In this document: piece after piece, positions 51,962-61,619 of the stretch
Layout: each line of letters opens with the position of its first letter
How positions within the stretch are numbered: position 1 is the stretch's first letter
NCBI GenBank assembly: GCA_031409855.1
Contig: JANNYA010000141.1
Coordinates: forward strand, 6,906 to 70,905
Direction: 5' to 3'
Length of the DNA stretch: 64,000 bases
From: Rhodanobacteraceae bacterium
GTDB taxonomy: Bacteria; Pseudomonadota; Gammaproteobacteria; Xanthomonadales; SZUA-5
Notes under the pieces: generated by a model
Databases searched by the model: none
Seen by the model: the letters and a program-made list of their open reading frames with translations, nothing else
What the model was told of the DNA's origin: nothing
Program-made: the position numbers and the translations under genes

Positions 51962-54337
51962 ATGAGCAACCCTTATATTCTTTGGTTAGAGCAACTTCGC
52001 TTGAGCGATTTGCCGCAAGTGGGCGGAAAAAATGCGTCCTTGGGCGAAATGATCGGCAATTTATCGGCGCTTGGTGTTTCCGTGCCGGGCGGATTCGCCA
52101 CCACCGCCAGCGGCTTTCGTGAGTTTGTTGAATTCAATCAAATCAAAGAACGCATTTACGCGCGCTTGGCGGCGCTGAATATCGATGATGTCAACGCCCT
52201 GGTCGCCGCTGGCGCAGAAATTCGCGGCTGGGTGCACGCGGCGCAGTTTCCGGCGGCTTTTGAGGCCGAAATTCGCCGTGCTTATGCGCAATTAGAGCTG
52301 AAAACGGGCTTGGCAAACCCCGCCGTCGCGGTGCGCTCCTCAGCGACTGCAGAAGATTTGCCGGACGCGTCATTCGCGGGTCAACAAGAAACCTTTTTAA
52401 ACGTGACCGGCGCCGATTCGGTGTTGGCGCGGATCAAGGAAGTTTTCGCCTCGCTTTATAATGACCGCGCGATTAGCTATCGCGTGCATCATGGTTTTAA
52501 GCACGAAGATGTATTTTTGTCAGCCGGTATCCAGCAAATGGTGCGCTCAGATTTAGCCACCTCGGGCGTGGCGTTTACGCTGGATACCGAATCGGGCTTT
52601 ACCGATGTGGTGTTTATTACCGCGAGCTATGGTTTGGGCGAAATGGTGGTGCAGGGCGCGGTAAACCCTGACGAATATATTGTCTACAAACCGGCGCTGC
52701 GCGCGGCTAAACGTGCGCTGATTCGTCGGGTTTTAGGCAGCAAGCAAACGCGCATGGTGTATTCGGATAAACCCGGCGAGCGCGTGCGGGTCGAGCCGGT
52801 GCCGCTCGCCGATCAGAATCAGTTTTGTATGACCGAGGTGGAATGCGCGGAATTGGCGCGCCAAGCGCTGACGATTGAGCAGCATTACGGCCGCCCAATG
52901 GACATCGAATGGGCTAAAGATGGCTTGAGCGGCAAGCTTTACATCGTGCAGGCGCGGCCAGAAACGGTGAAATCGCGGCAGAATGCCACCGAAGTTGAGA
53001 AATTTCACCTGCGCGAAAAAGGTGAGCTATTGGTGCAGGGCAGGGCGATTGGGCAAAAAATTGGTGCGGGCCCGGCGCGTGTGGTCAAAGGCACGGCACA
53101 AATGGATTTGGTGCAGGCGGGCGATGTGTTGGTAACGGATATGACCGACCCAGATTGGGAACCGGTGATGAAACGCGCCTCGGCGATCGTGACCAATCGC
53201 GGTGGCCGCACCTGCCACGCCGCGATCATTGCGCGCGAATTGGGTATTCCGGCGATTGTGGGCTGTGGCGACGCGACGTTAAAAATCGCAGCGGGCGCGC
53301 AGGTCACAGTGTCATGCGCGGAGGGCGATACTGGCAATGTCTATGCGGGCGCACTAAAATTTGAGCGCCTGACCGCGAATTTGGGTGATATGCCACCGGC
53401 ACCTCTCAAAATTATGATGAACGTCGCACACCCAGAGCGCGCGTTTGAGTTCGGCCAGCTGCCCAATGCCGGTGTCGGTTTGGCGCGCCTGGAGATGATT
53501 ATCAACAGCCACATTGGCGTACACCCGAAAGCGCTGCTGGAATATGATCAGCAAGACGCAGTCGTCAAAGCGCAGATTGATGCGCGCATCCAGGGCTATG
53601 CCAGCCCGGTCGATTTTTATGTGGATCGCTTGGCCGAAGGCATGGCAATGATCGCTGCAGCATTTGCGCCGAACCCGGTGATCGTGCGTCTAAGCGATTT
53701 TAAGAGCAATGAATACGCCGAACTGATTGGCGGCAAACGCTACGAGCCAGAAGAACACAATCCCATGATCGGTTTTAGAGGCGCATCGCGCTATGTCGAC
53801 AATCGCTTTAAAGACTGTTTCGCGCTGGAATGCCGCGCGATGAAACGCGTGCGCGAAGAAATGGGCTTGACCAATGTCTGGGCAATGATTCCGTTTGTGC
53901 GCACCGTTGGCGAAGCCGAAAAAGTGATCGAAACCTTGGCCGAATTTGGCCTCAAGCGCGGCGAACAGGGCTTGAAAGTCATCATGATGTGCGAAGTGCC
54001 GAGCAACGCGATTTTGGCGGAAGAATTTTTAGCCCACTTCGACGGCTTTTCCATTGGCAGCAATGATTTAACCCAACTTACCCTCGGCCTGGACCGCGAT
54101 TCCGATATCGTCGCCCACCTGTTTGATGAGCGCGACCCAGCGGTCAAAAAACTGCTGTCGATGGCGATTAGTGCGGCTAAGAAAATGGGCAAATACATCG
54201 GCATCTGCGGCCAAGGGCCGTCCGATCACCCGGATTTGGCGCAGTGGCTATTGGCGCAAGGTATCGAAAGTATTTCCTTGACGCCCGATACCGTGGTGGA
54301 GACTTGGTTGCTGTTGGCGCGCTCGAAAGCGGCGTAA
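51962..54337 (+). CDS. ppsA: Phosphoenolpyruvate synthase
   Basis: 791 aa. [13 protein letters not shown]-grasp N-terminus, phosphohistidine motif [25 protein letters not shown]-terminal PEP-utilising domain. Confidence 0.95.
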   Translation: MSNPYILWLEQLRLSDLPQVGGKNASLGEMIGNLSALGVSVPGGFATTASGFREFVEFNQIKERIYARLAALNIDDVNALVAAGAEIRGWVHAAQFPAAFEAEIRRAYAQLELKTGLANPAVAVRSSATAEDLPDASFAGQQETFLNVTGADSVLARIKEVFASLYNDRAISYRVHHGFKHEDVFLSAGIQQMVRSDLATSGVAFTLDTESGFTDVVFITASYGLGEMVVQGAVNPDEYIVYKPALRAAKRALIRRVLGSKQTRMVYSDKPGERVRVEPVPLADQNQFCMTEVECAELARQALTIEQHYGRPMDIEWAKDGLSGKLYIVQARPETVKSRQNATEVEKFHLREKGELLVQGRAIGQKIGAGPARVVKGTAQMDLVQAGDVLVTDMTDPDWEPVMKRASAIVTNRGGRTCHAAIIARELGIPAIVGCGDATLKIAAGAQVTVSCAEGDTGNVYAGALKFERLTANLGDMPPAPLKIMMNVAHPERAFEFGQLPNAGVGLARLEMIINSHIGVHPKALLEYDQQDAVVKAQIDARIQGYASPVDFYVDRLAEGMAMIAAAFAPNPVIVRLSDFKSNEYAELIGGKRYEPEEHNPMIGFRGASRYVDNRFKDCFALECRAMKRVREEMGLTNVWAMIPFVRTVGEAEKVIETLAEFGLKRGEQGLKVIMMCEVPSNAILAEEFLAHFDGFSIGSNDLTQLTLGLDRDSDIVAHLFDERDPAVKKLLSMAISAAKKMGKYIGICGQGPSDHPDLAQWLLAQGIESISLTPDTVVETWLLLARSKAA

Positions 54338-54363
54338 ACTTCTCGACTAGGCGAGAGAAAATT

Positions 54364-55572
54364 ATGATAAAAAAATTGTTTGTTGATGGCTACAAGACCC
54401 TCGTCGATTTCACATTTGAGCCTGAGAGAGTGACATTACTCGCTGGTGGGAATGGTGCTGGAAAGTCCAGCGTGTTCGAGGTGATTGATTCCCTGCGGCG
54501 GTTTATCGTTTTTGGTGAAAAGGTTTCAGAAATTTTTCCAGCAAGCGTATTTACTCGCACGCAGCTGTTTTTGAATAGAGCATCTGAACAATTTGGAATT
54601 ACCCTCAACAGCTACGGCCCATGCCTTGAGTTGCGCATAGAAATTGGAGTTGTACTAAATCATGCACATTACAAATACGACTTGTTGTTGCACCGAAAAA
54701 TTTACGGGCAGACGGAACTACTTGCTGAAAAACTGAGCGTTGCGAATATCGCTGACCCTGATTCCGCTGTTGTGTTGTGCAACTTTGAAACCTCGCCGAG
54801 TGAACACGGTGGAACAAACGTCCAAGGTGAAAATAAACTCCAGACCGTCTTCGATGTCGCGGGCAATCTGAAAGCATCAATTCCTTCTGGGAGGGCGCGC
54901 TCTTTTCTGTCGGAGCTTCAGGAGAATGACTGGTCTTTACCGCACATCGTTTTTCGCGAAGCACTTAAGCGCACCGCCATACTCAAACCAGATGTCACGC
55001 GCATGGTCGGTGTGTCGCAAGCAGAAAGTGAGTGGCTAAAGCGGGATTGCAGCAATTTTGCAGATTGGTATCGCGGTTGGGTTGCTCGCTTCCCTGAACG
55101 TGCGCACCAGATGTCGCAACTTTTAAAATCAGCCATGCCTGGATTCAATGAGCTTCGAGTTTTGCCAGCGGGTGAACATCGACTACTGCAAGTAGAGTTC
55201 AATCACAGTGATAATTTGCTAAGTGAGTTTAGGCTTGAAGAGTTATCGGAAGGCCAGCGCATGATGATCTTACTTGCCGCATTGGCGCAGTCGAAAGAGT
55301 TTGACGTGCTTTTGTTGGATGAGCCAGACAATTTTGTTGCACCGGGCGAAGTTGGGCCGTTTCTCAACGCGCTGGTCAGTGATTTTGAAGGTTCAGCATC
55401 GCAAAAACAGCTGATCGTTATTTCGCATCATCCGCGTTCTATCGATCGGCTTGCAAGTTGGAGCGCTATTTTGTTTTCAGTTCGTGCAGGTCTCACTCAA
55501 ATCGCTCTCCTGAAAGATATTGATCTTGACGGTGTGCCTTTATCGGAAGCGATGCTTGATCAAGTGGTTTGA
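54364..55572 (+). CDS. ABC/SMC-type (AAA_21/AAA_15-like) ATPase, candidate defence-system NTPase
   Basis: 402 aa from the ATG at 54364 (GAGAG RBS). The track's 54244 start would overlap ppsA. Walker A GGNGAGKSS (54445-54471), signature-like LSEGQR (55243-55260), Walker B VLLLDE (55306-55323), H-loop-like VISHH. AT-richer than the flanks. Confidence 0.75.
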   Translation: MIKKLFVDGYKTLVDFTFEPERVTLLAGGNGAGKSSVFEVIDSLRRFIVFGEKVSEIFPASVFTRTQLFLNRASEQFGITLNSYGPCLELRIEIGVVLNHAHYKYDLLLHRKIYGQTELLAEKLSVANIADPDSAVVLCNFETSPSEHGGTNVQGENKLQTVFDVAGNLKASIPSGRARSFLSELQENDWSLPHIVFREALKRTAILKPDVTRMVGVSQAESEWLKRDCSNFADWYRGWVARFPERAHQMSQLLKSAMPGFNELRVLPAGEHRLLQVEFNHSDNLLSEFRLEELSEGQRMMILLAALAQSKEFDVLLLDEPDNFVAPGEVGPFLNALVSDFEGSASQKQLIVISHHPRSIDRLASWSAILFSVRAGLTQIALLKDIDLDGVPLSEAMLDQVV

Positions 55573-55611
55573 GTCCGTTTTTCAGCCTTCGGCTCGGGAG
55601 TCTGCCCCACC

Positions 55612-56142
55612 GTGATAGATCGTGTTTACTTGCTTTGTGAAGATCAATTGCATGAGCGGTTTTTGCGTCAGTGGTTGGCGCATAGGAAAGTTAAGGTTGT
55701 GAACGCCGAAGTTGCCCCTGCTGGCAAGAATTCCGCGTCCGCGTTCGTGCGAAAGCAATTTTTAGCTTTTGTCGTAAAGGCGAAGTCGAAGGCGTACCAA
55801 GAAAAGCTCGGATTTATAGTGGTTATTGATGGCGACAACCTGGGGGTTCGGCGCAAATTGGAGCTGCAAAAACAGTTAAATGATGCTGAGCTCATGCTTG
55901 CGTATGAAAAACGTGTTGTTATTTTGGTACCCAGTTGGTCCATAGATACCTGGATCGATGCGATATGCGGAGCGGACGCAGTTGAATCCACCAAGGTCAC
56001 GGATCAAATTAAACGCAGTATTGACGACGAAATGATCCGTCGTGCGACCCTCGACTTTGACTCGTATCGTCGGGCCTTACCCGCACATTTGCCGGCAATG
56101 TTGGACGCGCAGCTTGAGCTTAGAAAACTTGATTTGGCTTGA
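55612..56142 (+). CDS. Small TOPRIM-like protein (E...DxD; RloB/DUF4276/DUF4435-like pattern), putative effector partner of the ATPase
   Basis: 176 aa, GTG start with GGGAG 11 nt upstream. VYLLCED (E10/D11, nt 55639-55644), IVVIDGDN (D73/D75, nt 55828-55836), then VILVPSWSIDTWI. 39 bp downstream of the ATPase gene. Confidence 0.6.
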   Translation: MIDRVYLLCEDQLHERFLRQWLAHRKVKVVNAEVAPAGKNSASAFVRKQFLAFVVKAKSKAYQEKLGFIVVIDGDNLGVRRKLELQKQLNDAELMLAYEKRVVILVPSWSIDTWIDAICGADAVESTKVTDQIKRSIDDEMIRRATLDFDSYRRALPAHLPAMLDAQLELRKLDLA

Positions 56143-56281
56143 ATTAGTGCGAAAATTATCCACTAAGGCCGGTTTAAAACGATCACCTGGACTTGGCGCA
56201 ATGGCCTGCGGCAAGTGCCGTAGAGTGCCCAGAACGCGGCGGGCATGCTATGGTTAGTTTGCCCAAACTCACCCAAATCCA

Positions 56282-59200
56282 ATGCTCAGTGCACCGCACA
56301 TGAATCTGGCTGGTTTTACGATTCGAAATGTCATTTATGCGGTCGATGAAACCATCGTGGCGCGGGCTGACACGCAGCGTGGCGAGCGGGTGGTGCTGAA
56401 GTATCAAGACACGCACCGCCCGGCCCCTGAGCTACTGGCGCGCTGGCGTCATGAACACGCGATCCTCAGCTCAATTGACTCGAAATGGGTGATCAAGACG
56501 CTTGGGCTGAAGCAGTTCGAGCGCAATTTAGTGTTGGTGCTGGAAGATTTTGGCTCGACCAATCTTGCGCAGCTGATCGCGCAGCAGCCGCTTGATTTAG
56601 CCGAGCGGCTCGCCATTGCGATCCAGTTTGCTTCAGCGCTGGCGGATGTGCACGCGCATGGCTTAATTCATGGCGATATCGCGCCGAAAAATGTGCTGGT
56701 CGAAGTGTCGACGATGCGGGTAAAACTCTGCGATTTCGGGCTTTCAAGCCGCTTGGATCACGAGCAAAAGCTTGGCTATGACAATTTTTTGCGCGGCACT
56801 TTGGAATATATGTCGCCTGAGCAAACCGGGCGTACCAACCTGGATGTGGATTACCGCAGCGATCTTTATTCGCTCGGAATTAGCCTGTACGAGCTGTTTT
56901 CGGGGCGCAAGCCGTTCCACTCGAACGACCCGATGACGCTGCTGCACGCGCAGATCGCCATCATGCCAGTGCCGCTGCACCGGCTTGATCCGTTGATTCC
57001 GGAGCCGATTTCTGAGCTGGTGCAAAAGCTACTGGCAAAGTCCCCAGACGAGCGCTATCAAAGCAGTTTTGGGCTGATTCGAGATTTAACGCAGTGCAAC
57101 CAGCAATGGCAGCGCGGTCAGCGTATTGCGCCGTTTGCATTGGCGCAGGCCGACGTGCCCGAGCGATTTTGCATCGCACAAAAACTTTATGGTCGTGGTT
57201 CCGAAAGCGCGCTGATTTTGGCGGCGTTTGAGCGGGTAACGGCGGGCCACGCGGAGCTGCTGTTGATCAGTGGCTACTCAGGTATTGGCAAGAGTGCGCT
57301 GGTCAGTGAGCTGCATCAGCCGATTATTGCTGAGCGCGGCTATTTGATTCGCGGTAAATGTGATCAGTATTCGCGTAACCAGCCCTATTCGGCGCTGATT
57401 CAGGCGTTTCAACAGCTGGTGCGGCAATTGGCTACCGAGGGCGAAGAGCGGCGTGGCTATTGGAAAGCAGAATTAAGCGCCTGTTTGGGTGAGCACGCAG
57501 GCGCTGTGGTTGAAATTATTCCGAACTTGGCGCTACTCATTGGTACGCCTGCCGCATTGGCCCCCTTACCAGCGGCGGAAAAAGAGAACCGCTTTCACAT
57601 CGCATTTGCCCAGTTTGTCAAAGCCCTTGCAAGTAGCAGCCACCCGTTGTTGCTGTTTTTGGATGATTTGCAGTGGGCTGATGCGCCAACGCTCAAGTTG
57701 TTACAACACATACTTCAGGACGGCAGCGAGCGTTGTGTGTTGATCGTGGGTGCTTTTCGCGACAATGAAGTCGACGAAACGCATGGTTTAAGCCTGTGTA
57801 TCGCCGCCATTGAGCGCGCAAACGGCCGGGTAGAGCGGCTGCAATTGCGCAATTTAGAGCCCGCCCATGTTGCCAGCTTGGTGGCGGATACGCTGCATTG
57901 CAGTGAAGCTACCGTAGCGCCCTTGGCGGCACTGTGCTTTGAGAAGACGCGGGGTAACCCGTTTTTTCTGGGGCAACTGTTGCGCATGCTGCATGAACAG
58001 GGTGATATCCACTACCAGCGTTCTGAGGGGGTTTGGCACTGGAATATCGAGCATATTCGCCAGCGCGGTATCACCGAAAACGTAGTGGAATTAATGTTGG
58101 ATAAGGTGCGCTTACTGGCACCGTTGACGCAAAAATTCCTAGCGTCGGCGGCACACCTAGGCGGCAGCTTTGATATGCGCCAGCTCATGGCGGTGTGCGC
58201 GCAAGACGCCGTGACTGCTGCGGCGGTGCTTTGGCCTGCGCTGCAGAGCGGGCTGGTGTTGCCGCTCAATGAGCAATACAAATTTTCCGATAGCCCAGAG
58301 CAGTTAGAACAGGCGCGCTATCGCTTCTTGCATGATCGTGTGCAGCAAGCGGCTTACCAACTTACTCCGGCAAGCGAGCTTCAAGATTTGCAGTTGCGTT
58401 GCGGACGTTTGTTGCTCGCTGCCAGCTCCAGCCTAGAGCAGGATGAGCGCTTGTTTATCATTTTGCACGCCTTAAACAGCGCAGTGGCGCTGATTGACGA
58501 TCCGGCTGAACGTGCGCAGCTTTTGGCGCTGAATTTGCGCGCCGGTATGAAGGCGAAATCGGCCTCGGCATTCCCGACGGCGGTGAGCTTATTGCGCCAA
58601 GCTAAGGCGCTGCTTGTGCTCGATGCGTGGATGCAGCAGCCGGATGAGTGTTTGGTGCTGTATTGCGAACTGGCTGAGGCTGAGTATCTTTCCGGCAATT
58701 TCGAGCAGGCAGAGGCGCTGTACCCTGAAGGCATTGCTGCCAGCGATAGCGTGATCGCAAAAGTAACGCTGTGCTTAGTGCAGGTCGATCAATATCATAT
58801 TCAGGGGCGCTTTGCGGATTCGTACCCGGTACTGAATTTTGCGCTCGAACTTTTGGGCGGCAGCTTTCCTGCAACGGAGGAACAAGCGGGATTCGCATTT
58901 GTCGAGGAATTTGCGCGCACTGAGGCGCTACTGGCGCAACAGGATAAGGCGCAGTTACTCAGTGCGCCGGAGATGACGCAGGCACAACATCTGCTGGAAA
59001 TGCGCATCTATTTTGGCCTGTCGTATTCAACCTATCAAACCGGGCGCTTTAACGCTTTTGTCGTTGACGCCTGCCGCATGGTGCAAGCCACGCTGCGCAA
59101 TGGTCAGGGGGATTTGAGCTGTATCGCTTACGTAGCCTATGTCACCGCGATGTCGGCGGCAAAGCGGCCATACGCCTTGTGTTTTGAGATGGGAAAGTTG

Positions 59201-61342
59201 GCCCTCACTTTGGCCGAGCAGCGGGAAAATCGCTATTTCCGTTTGACGGTGTATCAATATTTCTCGTCGTTTTATCAGCACTGGGGCGAGCCGCTGAGTA
59301 ACACGCTGTTTTATCTAGATCGGGGCGTGGAACTTGGGCAGTCCGGCATCAATCCGCTCGCGGCGGGCTATTGCACGCTACTCGGCTCGGTCAACCGTTT
59401 TGTGCTGGGCACAACGCTTGATGTCTTGCAGCTTGAATGCGAACGCGGCTGCAAGTTTTTGCAACAAAGTCATCAACCGAATACCGAAAATATGCTGCGC
59501 TACGGCGTGTTGCAGCCGCTTTTGGCATTGCGTGGCAACCGTTCCGATGCCACAGATGGCTTAAGCGCGGCAGAATTTTTTAACGGCGACTATCAGAGCC
59601 CGTCGATCCCACTGGCGCTGCATCTAAGCGCCACATTGCGGCATAGCTATTTACTGGGCGATGGCGAACAGTGGCGGCTTAGCTCAGGCGGGCTCGGCAT
59701 CATCGGCATGTGTCTGCCCGATAGCCCGTCCTTGGTTGATGCGATGTTTTATACCGCGCTCGGCTTGCTGAGAAGTGAGCTAAACGATACCACTGACATG
59801 AGTTCGAACTGCGCGGCTGTTGCAGGCTACCTGACGAATTTTCAGCTTTGGGCGCTGGGGTGTAGTGATAATTTTCGCCACAAAGCCGTGCTTATTGAGG
59901 CTGAACTCGCGCGTGCACGCGATGATGATTCGGCGGCGATGGATTTATATGCGCAAGCCATTGATGCTGCTGGCGAAGCCGGGTATTGCGTGGGCGAAGC
60001 GTTGGCGAATGAACTCTATGCGCGTTTTTGGTTGGCGCGCAAACAAAAGCAGCTGGCGAATAATTTTATCAGAGATGCCTATTACCACTATCGCCGCTGG
60101 GGCGCTGACGTCAAATGCCGCCAGCTCGAAACGCAGTGGCCGGGTATTTCCTTCCGCGTACTCGAACGTCAGCAGCATGGCGCGTCGCAGCAAACGCGCT
60201 CGTATCGCAGCGGCTCTGAGCATTCCGATCAACTGGATCTGCATTCCTTGCTAAAAGCCAATCAGGTGCTGGCAAAAGAAATTCAGCTGGATTCTTTGCT
60301 GCAAAAAATGCTGGGGGTTCTGCTGGAAAATGCCGGTGCCGAACATGGCTTTATTGTGCTCGTCGACGATGATGCAATGATTGTCGAAGTCTCCGGTGGC
60401 GTGTCAGACGGGCATCGATTTGATGCGAAATTGATTCGCCGCCCACTATTGGAGCTGACGCATTGCGAGCGTCCCGTGCTGCCGTCAGCCATCATCGAAT
60501 ACGTCGTACTGACGCGCACCACGCTGCTATTGAACAACCCCGCGCTGGATCAGCGCTTTTCCAATAGCCGCTATCTGATTCAACGTCAGCCCAAGTCCGT
60601 GCTGTGCTTGCCGGTCAATGCCCAGGGCAAACTGGTGGCGCTGGTGTATTTAGAAAATAACTTGATGGAAAGCGTGTTTACCGCTAAGCATCAGCTGACG
60701 TTAGAACTGCTCAGTTCGCAGGCCGCGATTTCTTTGGTGAATGCGCGTTTGTACGAAAGCCTGGAACTAAAAGTGCTGCAACGTACGGAAGAATTGCGCC
60801 AAATGAGCATGAAAGATGGCCTAACTGGCATTGCGAACCGGCGCTCTTTTGATGAGCGGTTAGCCGTTGAGCTGCGCCGTGGCCAGCGCAGCCAAGCACC
60901 GCTGTCCTTGCTGATGATTGATATTGATCACTTCAAACAATTTAATGATCACTATGGGCATTTTGAGGGCGACGGCTGTATCCGCGCAGTCGCTATGCTG
61001 CTGAATTCCGTCGTCAGCCGCGCCAGCGATTTAGTGGCGCGCTATGGCGGCGAAGAGTTTGCGATCTTGCTGACCGACACGGATGCGAACGCCGCAGTGC
61101 TGGTCGCGAATGCCTGCCTGAATGCGATGCTCGAGCTAGCCATCGCGCACGCAGGCTCACCCATCGGCGGGCACGTCAGCCTGAGCATTGGCATTTGCAC
61201 CCTGACTGTGACCGGCGATGTGGCTAGCGAAACCATAATCACGCAAGCGGATCAAGCGCTTTACCAAGCCAAACGCACAGGCCGCAATCGCTACTGTCAA
61301 TATCTAGCGCCAGAAAGTGTGGAAACCGTGGTGGTCGCTTAG
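56282..61342 (+). CDS. Multidomain signalling protein: Ser/Thr kinase + AAA_16/STAND-like NTPase + TPR-like region + GAF + GGDEF diguanylate cyclase
   Basis: 1686 aa. Kinase motifs VVLKY, HGDIAPKNVLV, DFGLSS, SPEQ. P-loop ISGYSGIGKSALV with LLFLDDLQWAD. GAF about aa 1330-1480. GGDEF RYGGEEF (61046-61060) with RxxD-like upstream context. Confidence 0.85.
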   Translation: MLSAPHMNLAGFTIRNVIYAVDETIVARADTQRGERVVLKYQDTHRPAPELLARWRHEHAILSSIDSKWVIKTLGLKQFERNLVLVLEDFGSTNLAQLIAQQPLDLAERLAIAIQFASALADVHAHGLIHGDIAPKNVLVEVSTMRVKLCDFGLSSRLDHEQKLGYDNFLRGTLEYMSPEQTGRTNLDVDYRSDLYSLGISLYELFSGRKPFHSNDPMTLLHAQIAIMPVPLHRLDPLIPEPISELVQKLLAKSPDERYQSSFGLIRDLTQCNQQWQRGQRIAPFALAQADVPERFCIAQKLYGRGSESALILAAFERVTAGHAELLLISGYSGIGKSALVSELHQPIIAERGYLIRGKCDQYSRNQPYSALIQAFQQLVRQLATEGEERRGYWKAELSACLGEHAGAVVEIIPNLALLIGTPAALAPLPAAEKENRFHIAFAQFVKALASSSHPLLLFLDDLQWADAPTLKLLQHILQDGSERCVLIVGAFRDNEVDETHGLSLCIAAIERANGRVERLQLRNLEPAHVASLVADTLHCSEATVAPLAALCFEKTRGNPFFLGQLLRMLHEQGDIHYQRSEGVWHWNIEHIRQRGITENVVELMLDKVRLLAPLTQKFLASAAHLGGSFDMRQLMAVCAQDAVTAAAVLWPALQSGLVLPLNEQYKFSDSPEQLEQARYRFLHDRVQQAAYQLTPASELQDLQLRCGRLLLAASSSLEQDERLFIILHALNSAVALIDDPAERAQLLALNLRAGMKAKSASAFPTAVSLLRQAKALLVLDAWMQQPDECLVLYCELAEAEYLSGNFEQAEALYPEGIAASDSVIAKVTLCLVQVDQYHIQGRFADSYPVLNFALELLGGSFPATEEQAGFAFVEEFARTEALLAQQDKAQLLSAPEMTQAQHLLEMRIYFGLSYSTYQTGRFNAFVVDACRMVQATLRNGQGDLSCIAYVAYVTAMSAAKRPYALCFEMGKLALTLAEQRENRYFRLTVYQYFSSFYQHWGEPLSNTLFYLDRGVELGQSGINPLAAGYCTLLGSVNRFVLGTTLDVLQLECERGCKFLQQSHQPNTENMLRYGVLQPLLALRGNRSDATDGLSAAEFFNGDYQSPSIPLALHLSATLRHSYLLGDGEQWRLSSGGLGIIGMCLPDSPSLVDAMFYTALGLLRSELNDTTDMSSNCAAVAGYLTNFQLWALGCSDNFRHKAVLIEAELARARDDDSAAMDLYAQAIDAAGEAGYCVGEALANELYARFWLARKQKQLANNFIRDAYYHYRRWGADVKCRQLETQWPGISFRVLERQQHGASQQTRSYRSGSEHSDQLDLHSLLKANQVLAKEIQLDSLLQKMLGVLLENAGAEHGFIVLVDDDAMIVEVSGGVSDGHRFDAKLIRRPLLELTHCERPVLPSAIIEYVVLTRTTLLLNNPALDQRFSNSRYLIQRQPKSVLCLPVNAQGKLVALVYLENNLMESVFTAKHQLTLELLSSQAAISLVNARLYESLELKVLQRTEELRQMSMKDGLTGIANRRSFDERLAVELRRGQRSQAPLSLLMIDIDHFKQFNDHYGHFEGDGCIRAVAMLLNSVVSRASDLVARYGGEEFAILLTDTDANAAVLVANACLNAMLELAIAHAGSPIGGHVSLSIGICTLTVTGDVASETIITQADQALYQAKRTGRNRYCQYLAPESVETVVVA

Positions 61343-61619
61343 TCAGAAGTCTGTCGTAGCAGTACGGCAAACAATTTTTAGGCCCAAATTCTCGGACTAG
61401 CTCGCTAGCGCATATCCATACACACTTTAAGGCATGCCAAATGTCAAAGCCAGCGTCGAATATAGACTTGCCCAAATCGCGGTAGTCGCAGTCATGGTCT
61501 TGCTCGCTGGGGCTTGGGTGCTTGTGGCGCGGGGCTGATTAGCGCGGTTTGCGCGTGCGGCCAAGGCCGCGCTCGATACGCTATGCTCAGCGGCCCAATA
61601 AATATTGAGCACTCCGAGT

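Noticed and set aside
51591-51969. Minus-strand ORFs 51591-51866 and 51754-51969, and the N-terminal extension of the cupin ORF to 51523.
   Set aside because: They are composed almost entirely of the intergenic repeat units, giving repetitive peptides such as AVSLIARL.CRVAHR. The cupin domain begins only after the ATG at 51370.
54244-54363. Track start of the ATPase ORF at 54244, inside ppsA.
   Set aside because: It would overlap ppsA by 94 nt and add a non-homologous leader. The ATG at 54364 has an RBS and begins directly with the conserved strand preceding the Walker A motif.
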